Positions 8,852-18,364 of a DNA stretch of 37,577 nucleotides are shown in pieces. The notes beneath the pieces are model-generated. The model saw nothing but the letters and a program-made list of their open reading frames with translations. It was not told the origin of the DNA and ran no database searches. The DNA is from an uncultured Methanosarcinales archaeon (lineage in GTDB: Archaea > Nanobdellota > Nanobdellia > Woesearchaeales > GW2011-AR9): positions 957 through 38,533 of the forward strand of contig CAZIUU010000007.1 in NCBI GenBank assembly GCA_964542815.1. The letters run 5' to 3'. Positions within the stretch are counted from its first letter, which is position 1. Each line of letters begins with the position of its first letter. The translations under genes were made by a program, and so were the position numbers.

Positions 8852-9721
8852 TTAGGTAAGTAGAGGAAAGTAAATCAAGACTAATGTTACTAGCACCCAT
8901 AGCATCATCCCTACTATCATTGCCCGGTCTTTAATAACCTTTTCGGGATGTCTGGCTATTTCCGAGCCGGAATTTATCAAGTAATAAAAGCGAAAGATGA
9001 CAAAAAGAGCAAAAGGCAGAGTAAATAACAAGTTTGGGTGTTCACTGAGAAAAGAATAAAGTGCATAAGATATTATCAATAAAGTAGTGGATATCATCAT
9101 TAACGAATTAGTCAGTCCATGGTTATACTCTTTAAGCACTTTTCTGGTTTCTCCCGATTTTTCTTTAAGCAAAGTTATCTCTGAATGGCGTTTTCCTACG
9201 GATAAAAATAACGAGAGAAAGAAAGGACATAATATCAGCCACGGAGAAATCTTTACCTCAATCAGCAGGGCTCCAGAGATAGCTCGGATTACAAATAACG
9301 TCGCGATGCTTAAAATATCAGCGAATATCACTTCTTTTAGCCAAAAAGAATAAATTTGAGCTAAAACAACTAATGCAATAACAGAATAAAAGAACCATCT
9401 ACTTAGATAATAACTCAAAGTTAAAGATAAAATTAACAAAATAATCGCCAAGGCTATCGCTGAAGATTTGTTTATCACTCCAGAAGCCAAAGGCCGATAT
9501 TTCTTTTCTGGATTAAGCTTGTCTTTAGGCAAGTCTATTAAATCGTTAATAATATAATTTGCTGATGATGCTAAGCACAACGCGATGAATCCCAAGACTG
9601 CTGATATAATCAGCCCAATATTAAATAATTGTCCCGCAAAAAAAATTGCCAAAAAAATTACTAAATTCTTATACCATTGCCTAACTCGAGTTAAATACAA
9701 ATAATCTGCTGGTTTTGCCAT
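8852..9721 (-). CDS. UbiA-family prenyltransferase, decaprenyl-phosphate phosphoribosyltransferase (DPPR synthase)-like
   Basis: N-terminal RVRQWYKNLVIF signature and the NDLIDLPKD Asp-rich motif. The protein has 8-9 TM segments. It sits 4 nt upstream of the PAP2 gene. Confidence 0.7.
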   Translation of the reverse strand: MAKPADYLYLTRVRQWYKNLVIFLAIFFAGQLFNIGLIISAVLGFIALCLASSANYIINDLIDLPKDKLNPEKKYRPLASGVINKSSAIALAIILLILSLTLSYYLSRWFFYSVIALVVLAQIYSFWLKEVIFADILSIATLFVIRAISGALLIEVKISPWLILCPFFLSLFLSVGKRHSEITLLKEKSGETRKVLKEYNHGLTNSLMMISTTLLIISYALYSFLSEHPNLLFTLPFALFVIFRFYYLINSGSEIARHPEKVIKDRAMIVGMMLWVLVTLVLIYFPLLT

Positions 9722-9746
9722 AGAGGTAGTAATCGGATATTACTTT

Positions 9747-11192
9747 TTAATTTTTCGGAACTAAAATGGCATAAGTGCAGTTTTTGAATGAAGAGGAGAA
9801 CTCAACGGCGTTTTCATTGTTGATGGTTTCTAATAGCCCCTTTTTGCGGCTATAGCAATAATTATCTTGCGGCGGGCAGGCTAAGTCGCAGTCGTTTACA
9901 AACAATAATTTGTATTTTCCTTTTTGCCTGGAATAAATGGTAGAAGCAAATTCCATCCCGTCTAAAGTGATAATGGGATTGTTTAAGAAGGACACAAAAG
10001 AAGGGTCTGAAGCTAAAATAAGAGCATTGCTGTTAATGTTGTTATCCTCCATTATTTGTATTATTTCTGTTTCAAACGTAGGTGGGCGTTCAAAGTGAAG
10101 GTTAAAAGGTACGGGTAAGATAATCAATATTCCGAATACAACCCAGAACGCAGCTAGTTTTAATATTCTCTTCTCCTGATTTAATTCATATAAGTGATTA
10201 ATGAAGTTGCCAATTATTAACGAAAGAAAAGGCAGAGCTAGCACCACATATCGAACTTCTTTGCGGGGCAGGTACCAAAAGTAAGCTAAAATTAATATGG
10301 CTGCCAATACAATGGTGCTTTTCCGTGGGTCATACCATTCTTTCCTTAAATAAAACAGGTATAATGCTGGAAAAGACAGCAGGTATACTGGATTTTTTAC
10401 AAAGAACCAATACAGATAATACCACCATTCTGAGTTGTATGCCCAAGTAGCAGTAGTGATAATCCAAGAACCGGAAGTGAACGGAAAAAAAATATCCTGA
10501 TAGAGGATATTGTTTAAGGCGAGATAAGGAATTACCGGGATCAAAAAACCAAATCCGAGATAGAATAATGAACTTAACTTTTTCAGTAACGGGCGGTGCA
10601 GTTGTTCTCTCAGCCGGTTTTTGGTTAAAAGTAGAGAGATGGCTACCGCAGCCAATAATATCCCCTGCGGAAATTTAGTTAAAAATGATAAAGCTATAAA
10701 TAATCCGCCCCAAAAATAATTCTTGGCAGAAGTTTCCTGAACTAAACAATAAATTCCAATTAATCCTAACAATATGGCTAACGGCTCAGTCAGGATTAGC
10801 CCGGTGAACATGATAAATACGGGAGAAAAGGCGAATATTATGGAAGAGATTATAGCTGTTCTTTTAGAGTAAACTTTATCAGCAATGTTATATAATAAAA
10901 TTATTGATGTCAATGAAAAGATTAAATCTAATATTTTTCCAACCCAAATTACATTAAATCCGGATTTCCAAGTCATTCCTAAGAGCAAAGGATGAATCAA
11001 CGGGCGGAACGGTTCCCACATTCCCATTTTTCCTTCCGAAAATAAGAATTTGCCCATTCCAATGTACACATGTGAATCCCACCACAAAGGGTAATCGACA
11101 GCTAGAAAAATTAACCTAATCACCAAAGCCAGGGTCATAATCGGCCACAGCGGCTGTTCAGAGAGCTTTGATAAGGTTTGTTGGATCTGCAT
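9747..11192 (-). CDS. GT-C fold glycosyltransferase (ArnT/PMT-like, polyprenyl-phosphate-sugar dependent)
   Basis: 481 aa with about 11 TM segments, a first-loop acidic motif (WWDSHVY) and a C-terminal soluble domain. Confidence 0.65.
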   Translation of the reverse strand: MQIQQTLSKLSEQPLWPIMTLALVIRLIFLAVDYPLWWDSHVYIGMGKFLFSEGKMGMWEPFRPLIHPLLLGMTWKSGFNVIWVGKILDLIFSLTSIILLYNIADKVYSKRTAIISSIIFAFSPVFIMFTGLILTEPLAILLGLIGIYCLVQETSAKNYFWGGLFIALSFLTKFPQGILLAAVAISLLLTKNRLREQLHRPLLKKLSSLFYLGFGFLIPVIPYLALNNILYQDIFFPFTSGSWIITTATWAYNSEWWYYLYWFFVKNPVYLLSFPALYLFYLRKEWYDPRKSTIVLAAILILAYFWYLPRKEVRYVVLALPFLSLIIGNFINHLYELNQEKRILKLAAFWVVFGILIILPVPFNLHFERPPTFETEIIQIMEDNNINSNALILASDPSFVSFLNNPIITLDGMEFASTIYSRQKGKYKLLFVNDCDLACPPQDNYCYSRKKGLLETINNENAVEFSSSFKNCTYAILVPKN

Positions 11193-11229
11193 AGGAAAGG
11201 AAAATCAAATTTGATGTTGCCGGTTATGC

Positions 11230-11997
11230 TTATTGTGCTTCAACGCATTGCTCCGATTCTTTAACTGAACTGCAGATTAGTTTCAGTAATTGTTCTTTGT
11301 TGAGCACACCTTCATATTTTACGCTATCGATGACCAGTGTGGGCTGTTTTACTATATTAAATTGGCTCATGATTATATCTACTAAAGGCTCTTGTTCCCG
11401 AAAATCAAGATTGATTGGGAATACTAATAATTTCTCTCCGAAGAGCTGCTTATAATAGCTTAAGATAGTGCCTTGGTTGGGGCAGGAAGGGCATTCACTG
11501 GAATAGAAATAGAGTATGGGAACGATATCTAAATCACATTTATCTTTGCTTTCTTTGGCTAATAACCAATAGCGCAAATTGTCTAACAGATAACGGCGCA
11601 TGATAATCTGCTTCCTTTTTTCTGAAAGCTTTTTCTCATCCTGTTCTTCATAGGCAATAACTTCGCTGAGTGAGTCTGAAAGGTCTTTGATAGTCCCCTT
11701 TAATGCAGATGATAACATGGGGCAATTGTCATAGCTGCTGAATGCATTTAGATATAGATATTGCGATTGCAGGCTGAGATAATTAACTTCCTGTTCCATG
11801 TTCACTTCTTCAACCAAATTGTAGCGGTAGTCATCTACGATGATTCCAATCGTTATCCCCAATAAGAAAATCAAGAGCGTTATCACGCCGGCGATGATAT
11901 ACTTATCAGTACTTATTTTACGGAAACTTTCATCTTCTGCGGGCAGTTTAGATACTTGGTCCTCTTCGATGTGTTTTTTGTTCATGGTTATTTCCAC
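11230..11997 (-). CDS. membrane-anchored thioredoxin-fold protein (CxxC)
   Basis: A single N-terminal TM and a CPSC active-site-like motif within YFYSSECPSCPNQ. The C-terminus looks Trx-like. Confidence 0.55.
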   Translation of the reverse strand: MEITMNKKHIEEDQVSKLPAEDESFRKISTDKYIIAGVITLLIFLLGITIGIIVDDYRYNLVEEVNMEQEVNYLSLQSQYLYLNAFSSYDNCPMLSSALKGTIKDLSDSLSEVIAYEEQDEKKLSEKRKQIIMRRYLLDNLRYWLLAKESKDKCDLDIVPILYFYSSECPSCPNQGTILSYYKQLFGEKLLVFPINLDFREQEPLVDIIMSQFNIVKQPTLVIDSVKYEGVLNKEQLLKLICSSVKESEQCVEAQ

Positions 11998-13307
11998 TTA
12001 ACTTTTTTACGATAGGAGAACTCAGCTAGTGAGGTTAGCAAAATTATTCCTTTGACCATATAGTAAAATAGCGCATAAGGTATCAATGGAACCCACCCTG
12101 CTCTTAACATTTTCTCATGAGCATTGCGGTGAGCCTGGTAAAAGAAAAATAATCCAATCAGCATTAGTGATATCATCAGGAACCCAATTCTAAAATCGGA
12201 TAATAAAAAGCTCATAAAGCTTAACTTTAATTTTAAATTTAGGATATATGGGAGCAGGTTGAATTTTATCAACATTAAATCGCTGATGGTTCTAGATGTT
12301 GGGAGCAGGAAGAGGTATATCGCCAGAATTATGCCGGTGACAACCAATATAAATCCCAATACGTTTTTTACCATCTGCATCATCCCAAAGTCACCGTATT
12401 TTTTATTAGCAACTAATTTGCGATATTGGTGCAGGCAGGTTATCCCTCCCACATACCATCTTCTTCGTTGGTTGTAAAATGGCTTTAATTTATGTGGTGC
12501 AACAGTGAATACGTAACCCTCGGGGCATTGTTTTATTTGGTATTGGTGTTGCTGCACGCGATAGGCGATCTCCTGGTCTTCAGTGATGTTTTTCTCGTCG
12601 AACCCTCCCAGTTTTTGAATAATACTGGTTCGATATAACGAGAAAGGTACGGGAGCAACATACAACGAGTCCAGCTGGCTGGTAAGGCGGGAAATGAAGA
12701 TGATTACAATATATTCCAGCCATTGCAGCCTTTGAAGCAGGTTCTTCGGATTATGAACTTTCATCGCGGGGGTTATTATGGCTAATTTAGGATTATTTTC
12801 ACGTTCGTAAATTGCCAACATCTTTTTTAGGGTAGATTTATCTACAAATGAATCAGCATCGAGGCAGGCAAAAAATTCTCCTTGCGCTTGTTTTAAAGCG
12901 CGGTTTAATGAAGCTCCTTTCCCGCAATTTGGATGCGAGATCAATTTGAATTGAGGCTTGTTTCGGATATATTGTTGTATTACTGATTTGGTGCGGTCAG
13001 TAGAGCCGTCATTTATTACAATTACTTCCAGCTTGTTTTTAGGATAATCTAAGTTGGAGAGCGATTCTAGGGTTTTAGTGATAGTGGATTCTTCGTTACA
13101 TGCTGGAACAAGCACTGATACCAGTGGGAAATGGTCGAGTGTTGGAGTAATTTCTCTCTTTTGGCGGAAAGCTTTTCTACGATCAAAATAAACTAATAGT
13201 AAGAATATAGAAAAGTACAGTGAAATTGCGTATGCAATCCATAAGATGAGATTTACTATTGTATTCATAAAAACTTGCCTCTTTAGTATGTGCATATGCA
13301 CGTACAC
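11988..13307 (-). CDS. processive family-2 glycosyltransferase (PgaC/NodC/cellulose-synthase-like)
   Basis: Motifs VINDGSTD, LDADS, TED (NITEDQE) and QRRRW, plus N- and C-terminal TM segments. The probable true start is the Met14 ATG at 13268 (MNTIVNL...). Confidence 0.8.
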   Translation of the reverse strand: MYVHMHILKRQVFMNTIVNLILWIAYAISLYFSIFLLLVYFDRRKAFRQKREITPTLDHFPLVSVLVPACNEESTITKTLESLSNLDYPKNKLEVIVINDGSTDRTKSVIQQYIRNKPQFKLISHPNCGKGASLNRALKQAQGEFFACLDADSFVDKSTLKKMLAIYERENNPKLAIITPAMKVHNPKNLLQRLQWLEYIVIIFISRLTSQLDSLYVAPVPFSLYRTSIIQKLGGFDEKNITEDQEIAYRVQQHQYQIKQCPEGYVFTVAPHKLKPFYNQRRRWYVGGITCLHQYRKLVANKKYGDFGMMQMVKNVLGFILVVTGIILAIYLFLLPTSRTISDLMLIKFNLLPYILNLKLKLSFMSFLLSDFRIGFLMISLMLIGLFFFYQAHRNAHEKMLRAGWVPLIPYALFYYMVKGIILLTSLAEFSYRKKVKWK

Positions 13308-13547
13308 TCTTTAAGCAGCTGAAACAATTTATGGGGGTTATTATTCTGACCAGTTCTGCTTGTACATCCACACTTCAGCCTGTTGGGAGGAATGCACCAT
13401 TTTAAATCTTTCGTTTTTTAATACTAAAGCTAACCCTTGCTGAACTGCTGGTTCTTGTTTCATCTGAGGAGACATATATATTGTTGAAATGTGGTTTTGC
13501 TCCAATAGTGGGAAAGTATCGTTAGTGTAAGATAAGATTGAAATGGC

Positions 13548-14852
13548 TTAAGGTAAATCTATTGCTTCAGCAGTTGGTAGATGGAACGGAAATAAAGGCT
13601 GTTTCCCAGCAAAGTAAGTTAGATAATAACTGTTTTCTGGAGAGGAGAATATTTTTCCATCATCAGGAATGTTTTCTTTGATCCATGTTAATGTTTCTAC
13701 CTCATTTTGGTCTGGGCCAATTTCAGTAACCCGATTGAGGTAAGTAAGAGTGGAAAATAGTATCCCTAAAATTACCACTAAAATGGTGAATTTCTTAATG
13801 GTCTCCAGGTTCCATTGGCGTTCAAAGAGTTTTATGAATCCAACTGCTGAGAATAGTAAGATGATAATTGCGAGGGGGAAGATAAAATTAGTATGTAAGA
13901 GGTAGGCTGGAATCACCAACGGCAAAAATAAGTAGGTGAAATAATATCTTTTTTCTTTCCATAGATGAAACAACCCTCCGAGAGCCAACAGCAGGGCAAA
14001 TAAAGAAATCCCGCTGGTCCCGCCCAGATCTGAAAGCAGATCCTGAATTACGCTCTCGGTTTGGAAAGGGCCCAACTGCAAAGGGACATCAAATAAAAAG
14101 AAATGCGCTAATGCCACAATGGAGGTAACTGCTACAATGGTAAACATTAGGTTTCGATTCGTTTCTTTCTCTTTTTCAGTACGATAATGAAAAAAAGTGA
14201 GCAAAGCTAATATCACCAACAATGAAGAGAATAAGTCGATGGAGGTTGCCAGCATGAGTGGAAGCATAGATAAGTAATTCCATAACTTATGGCTGAGCGT
14301 GAGCAGTAGTATCCCTAATAATAATAGTATTAATAACCCCGAGTAAGCTGAAATAGTGGTGAATGAGAAGATAAATACCGCGGAAGAAATTAATAAAGCC
14401 AAAAATAAAAAAGTAAAGTGTTCCGAGATGCCTAATCGCTGGGCCACGTTTAGGATTAGAAATACGAAGAGAAGAGCTAGGATTATGGGCAGTAAAGCAA
14501 GAATGCCCATAGGTAAAACTGAATCCAGCCGGTTTAACGGGAGGTAATAATAATTTTTCCAGCTGATTTGTTGCGCTTCCGAAAGATGATAATAACTCTC
14601 CGGCCCTTTAAGCAGGGGCTGGTTTTGCCAGAGGTTAGATAGGAAAGGGATTCCTAATACCAGCAAGGTTAGGCATAGAAGATAAAGATATTTGTGTTTT
14701 ACCAGATGATTGAGAACTTCATCGTATTCTACTTTATCAAATAACTGTTCGTATTTTCTCAGGTGATGTTTCAGGCTATCTTTAATTGTACTTTTGGAAG
14801 TTTCTGCTGACAGTTCAAGTGCCACTTTATTCTTTTCTTTTTCTTGGGTCAT
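13548..14852 (-). CDS. STT3/AglB-like polytopic membrane protein lacking the WWDYG motif
   Basis: 434 aa. PESYYHL sits in the first loop (compare AglB DPxSYYH). The C-terminal WIKENIPDDGKIFSSPENSYYLTYFAGK segment aligns by eye to the STT3 WL..NTP....V.SWWDYGY..y region. Confidence 0.5.
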   Translation of the reverse strand: MTQEKEKNKVALELSAETSKSTIKDSLKHHLRKYEQLFDKVEYDEVLNHLVKHKYLYLLCLTLLVLGIPFLSNLWQNQPLLKGPESYYHLSEAQQISWKNYYYLPLNRLDSVLPMGILALLPIILALLFVFLILNVAQRLGISEHFTFLFLALLISSAVFIFSFTTISAYSGLLILLLLGILLLTLSHKLWNYLSMLPLMLATSIDLFSSLLVILALLTFFHYRTEKEKETNRNLMFTIVAVTSIVALAHFFLFDVPLQLGPFQTESVIQDLLSDLGGTSGISLFALLLALGGLFHLWKEKRYYFTYLFLPLVIPAYLLHTNFIFPLAIIILLFSAVGFIKLFERQWNLETIKKFTILVVILGILFSTLTYLNRVTEIGPDQNEVETLTWIKENIPDDGKIFSSPENSYYLTYFAGKQPLFPFHLPTAEAIDLP

Positions 14853-14853
14853 T

Positions 14854-16353
14854 TTAGATTCCTTCCGGTGCAGTTTCTGAGGAGATTAGAGTACAGCTGA
14901 TATGGTAGATTTTCGTTTCTTCTTTGTATTCCTTCTGGAAACAGCCTTCTCCTAAGTAATTAAATCCATGTAGATCATATTTTAGTTGGGCGGCAGGGGT
15001 CAATACCATAAATTGTATGTTATATTTGTCGAATATGCTTAAAGCTTGAGTCTGAAATTTAGTGGTGTAAGCGTTGTTTAAATCGTTGAATCTGGTTTCG
15101 ATGTTGTCAATTAAAGTAAATTGGGTGTCCATGAAATTGCGGCGCTGGGAGTAATAGGTTACTAAATGCCCTTCCTCAAGGGTGGAGAGTACTCCAACAT
15201 CTTTTGGAGTGTTGTCTTTGAGCCATTTGAATGCAGTTATCTCTTTAGTTGAAGGGGTGCTTTGGTTTAAAGCAGTGCCCAAAGTAAGGGGAATGATGGT
15301 AATGGTAAGCAGAATCAACACTACCGGAAGCAGATATCTTTTTAATGAGGCCAGTTTTGTTTTTTCTATGTACATGGCCAAGTCTTGATAAAATAAGGCG
15401 AATAGTATGGCTAAGGTTATTCCAAAGAAAGAGAGGGAGAGATTGAAGCGCAATAATCGGAACCAGGCTAAGATAGTAGTAGCTATTACTAAACTAATCA
15501 ATAGAAACATTTTTCTACTTTTTACTTGGAATAAAGATTGATATACCACCCATATCCCAGTGAGGAAAGGTATTACGCTCACTAATACGATGGCATTCGG
15601 TATAGACAAGTGCGGAAAGTATTCTAAAATTATCTTTGGAGGGATATTTTGCCAGATGAAGCTTATGCCCGAGGAGATGAGCACTTTTTTGAAGAACAGG
15701 AATTGGAGCCAGATGAACATGAATAATGAAAATAACATCACTTCTTTCTCTTCTGGCTTAATCTGCCGCTCTTCCAGGAAGGATAAGAGCAGGTAGATGC
15801 CGAAGCCCATGATTATTAATGATGCGGCAGAACTGGTGAGGGAGAGGAGTATGAACGAAGTTAGATAGAGGTAAAGATATTTTTTTTCGGAGAGGTTAAG
15901 ATAACAATAGATAGTAAAGAAGATTAACGGAAGGAATAATGTTTCAGGGACAAAGTTGTTGGGAGTAGCTAGTACTGGTAAGAAGCCGGCGATGAAAGCA
16001 GAGATTAATGAAGAGGTATCGTGATTGGTTATTTTCTTGCTGATGAGATAAACGATAATTGTTAATAGTGCCATTAATATGTTGGGTATGAGTTTAGCGG
16101 CTAGTTCTAATGGTAATATTAAGTTAAAGAAAGCCATGAAATAATGAAAGAAAGGCAGGAAAACGAGATCTCTGCCCCCATAAGATAAAGTATCATGATA
16201 TAATGGCAGTCCGGTTTCGGTTATCTGCTGCACTTGCCGCAGGTTAAAGTAGGATTCATAGGTGAAGTTAGGGATAAGAAAAGCGAGGAGCAACCTTACG
16301 GTTAGAGTTAATAAGAATATTCCAATGAGCCAGTACTGAGTCCTTTTTTTCAT
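14854..16353 (-). CDS. STT3/AglB-like polytopic membrane protein lacking the WWDYG motif
   Basis: 499 aa. YESYFNLRQ sits in the first loop. KWLKDNTPKDVGVLSTLEEGHLVTYYSQRRNFMDT resembles PglB/STT3 ...VTWWDYGYPVRYYS....VD, with TLEEGH in place of WWDYGY. Confidence 0.55.
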   Translation of the reverse strand: MKKRTQYWLIGIFLLTLTVRLLLAFLIPNFTYESYFNLRQVQQITETGLPLYHDTLSYGGRDLVFLPFFHYFMAFFNLILPLELAAKLIPNILMALLTIIVYLISKKITNHDTSSLISAFIAGFLPVLATPNNFVPETLFLPLIFFTIYCYLNLSEKKYLYLYLTSFILLSLTSSAASLIIMGFGIYLLLSFLEERQIKPEEKEVMLFSLFMFIWLQFLFFKKVLISSGISFIWQNIPPKIILEYFPHLSIPNAIVLVSVIPFLTGIWVVYQSLFQVKSRKMFLLISLVIATTILAWFRLLRFNLSLSFFGITLAILFALFYQDLAMYIEKTKLASLKRYLLPVVLILLTITIIPLTLGTALNQSTPSTKEITAFKWLKDNTPKDVGVLSTLEEGHLVTYYSQRRNFMDTQFTLIDNIETRFNDLNNAYTTKFQTQALSIFDKYNIQFMVLTPAAQLKYDLHGFNYLGEGCFQKEYKEETKIYHISCTLISSETAPEGI

Positions 16354-16441
16354 AGGATAATAGAGTTAATCGGCTGGATTTTATAAATATAAGGGTGAGG
16401 TTTGTGCTGTTTTTAATGGTGAGGAAGAAATTAAATCTTAA

Positions 16442-17083
16442 TTAACCCCTAAACACCAGATGGTCTATGGTCTTATGTTCATTACCTCTTCGATATTCAA
16501 AAGCTACAGTTTCTAGATCTTTTGCTCCGTTTGATTTCTTGATTACAACTGAAAAATTACCTGCTTTTTCTATCTGCTCCAGCTTATCGAATAATATTCC
16601 TGGCTCTAACATCTTTAAAGTGCAGGATGAACTGAAATCTACTTTTTCGAACGTGTCTTGTTCTGCGGTAAGCCAGCTTCCATCTGGGTTGGAAACTTTT
16701 AGGCTAGTTCTAATACCATCTACCGGCACTACCGTATATGGTGTTTCAAAGAAGTGTTTGTAGCTTTTAGGGACGTCCTCAAATTTCTCAGCTCTTACGG
16801 GCACTACTTTTGACCGGATAAACTGTTCTAATTCATCTACAAACTCGTTGCTGGTGTAAATGGTTTCATTAAACACGTAAAACAAGTCTGAGTCCAGTTT
16901 TCTTAATTGGAACACCTGGATTTCAGGGCTATATTCTGGCCGCGCCTGTAAGTCTACAATCTCAGAAGTAACTTTTTGCAGGTCAATCTTTCTGGCAGCA
17001 AACTCTTCGGTATAAGATTCAAATTCGGTTCTGAGTTGAGAGCTTTCCAATCCGGTTATTCTTGTAAGTGCGTATTTTTCCAT
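16442..17083 (-). CDS. hypothetical cytoplasmic protein
   Basis: 213-aa ORF with no recognisable motif. Confidence 0.5.
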   Translation of the reverse strand: MEKYALTRITGLESSQLRTEFESYTEEFAARKIDLQKVTSEIVDLQARPEYSPEIQVFQLRKLDSDLFYVFNETIYTSNEFVDELEQFIRSKVVPVRAEKFEDVPKSYKHFFETPYTVVPVDGIRTSLKVSNPDGSWLTAEQDTFEKVDFSSSCTLKMLEPGILFDKLEQIEKAGNFSVVIKKSNGAKDLETVAFEYRRGNEHKTIDHLVFRG

Positions 17084-17295
17084 GTTGTTAGATGGGCTTT
17101 TTACTGTCTTATAAGCTTATATTTACTAGAATAGTTACGATACTGCGAGGCGTATAGCGGTGAAGAGTAATTTTTAGTGGCGTTCAATCAAGCGAACACG
17201 GGGAGTAACTTAAAGAGTATCAAAGGTGGCTTTATTTCCGAAAGATTTATTAAATTATACCTTTAGTTATTGTCTCTTAAGAGGTGGGAGTTACC

Positions 17296-18336
17296 ATGAA
17301 AACAATTCAGATGTTATTTTTCATAACAGTCGTTATTGTGATTTATGGCTGTGCACCACAGACTTTAGAAGGGCTCGATTCACCTTCAAAAATAGCCTCG
17401 CCACCCTTAAATCCAGAAACAACCTCCGGCGATTTCCTGACTTATGAGAATTTTGATTATGGGGTTAAGATTGGCTATCCCTCTGATTGGGAGCAGAAAG
17501 AAACTGAAGCGGTGATTATTGCATTTGTGCCGCCAAAAACCAACGCGTCTGACACTTTTCAGGAGAATCTCGGTTTGACCATGAATGATTTGGCTGGGCA
17601 GGGCTTGACATTACAAAAATATAATGAGATTGTTATTGAGCAATTGAAACAAACATTCTCAGATATAAATATTATCGAATCGGGCTCAACCGTATTGTCT
17701 AAGAATCCAGCGCATAGGGTGGTATTTACAGCATCCAATTTGAAATTCATGCAGGTTTGGACAATTAAAAATGATTTAGCGTATGTGTGGAGTTATGCTG
17801 CAGCAGAAAACTCATATTCAGATTACCTTAACAATATACAAAAAATGCTTGATTCTTTTGAGATAACAAGAAATATTATGGCGCAGGCTGAAGATAAAGT
17901 AACAGAAGCCAAGGCAGAGAAGGAAACAGAAGAGGAAAAAATAGGAGAAACAGCACCGATTCATTTAGCCAATTCACCATTTGTAGGAAGTTGGAGAGTA
18001 TATTCTGATAGAATATTCTACGGCCTCGGCGGCGCAGGAGCGCTTGGTATCCCAATCACCAGAAATTTAGAGCTTTTTAAAGATGGGGCCTGGAAATTTG
18101 GCGACTCAAAAGGCACATGGGCTATAACTGAAATAACCAGTGAAGACTGGAGCAGATGGGATATTAATCCTTATGGGCCAACAAGAAAAATCGTGTTGGA
18201 TAAGTGGAATAATGCCGTTGCTGATGGGCCAATTGAAGAAGATAATAGCCAGATAGACTTTATCTGGGTAATATACAGTATTGAGCCTCCGCTGGTGCAG
18301 AACGCGGGGACAGTTTGGCTAAAGTTTGGGCCTTAA
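17296..18336 (+). CDS. lipobox-containing secreted protein, PsbP/DcrB (DUF1795)-like N-domain
   Basis: The ATG at 17296 is preceded by GAGGTGGGAG; the ORF track starts at the GTG at 17284. The signal plus lipobox is MKTIQMLFFITVVIVIYGC. The YPSDWEQKE... domain is paralogous to the next gene. Confidence 0.6.
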   Translation: MKTIQMLFFITVVIVIYGCAPQTLEGLDSPSKIASPPLNPETTSGDFLTYENFDYGVKIGYPSDWEQKETEAVIIAFVPPKTNASDTFQENLGLTMNDLAGQGLTLQKYNEIVIEQLKQTFSDINIIESGSTVLSKNPAHRVVFTASNLKFMQVWTIKNDLAYVWSYAAAENSYSDYLNNIQKMLDSFEITRNIMAQAEDKVTEAKAEKETEEEKIGETAPIHLANSPFVGSWRVYSDRIFYGLGGAGALGIPITRNLELFKDGAWKFGDSKGTWAITEITSEDWSRWDINPYGPTRKIVLDKWNNAVADGPIEEDNSQIDFIWVIYSIEPPLVQNAGTVWLKFGP

Positions 18337-18364
18337 ATAAATTATTGAAAGGGGGTGTTTCATA

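Noticed and set aside
13285-13305. 11-nt identity (TATGCACATAC, minus strand) between the GT2 upstream palindrome region and the 3' end of RNA copy 1 (2245-2255)
   Set aside because: By rough reasoning, matches of this length are expected many times by chance in a 37.6-kb window read on both strands. There is no extended similarity.
13371-13502. Small minus-strand ORF (about 43 codons, MSPQMKQEPAVQQG...) in the 240-nt gap between the STT3-like gene and the GT2 gene
   Set aside because: It has no convincing TATA or Shine-Dalgarno spacing and no recognisable motif. It may be real but cannot be supported from sequence alone.
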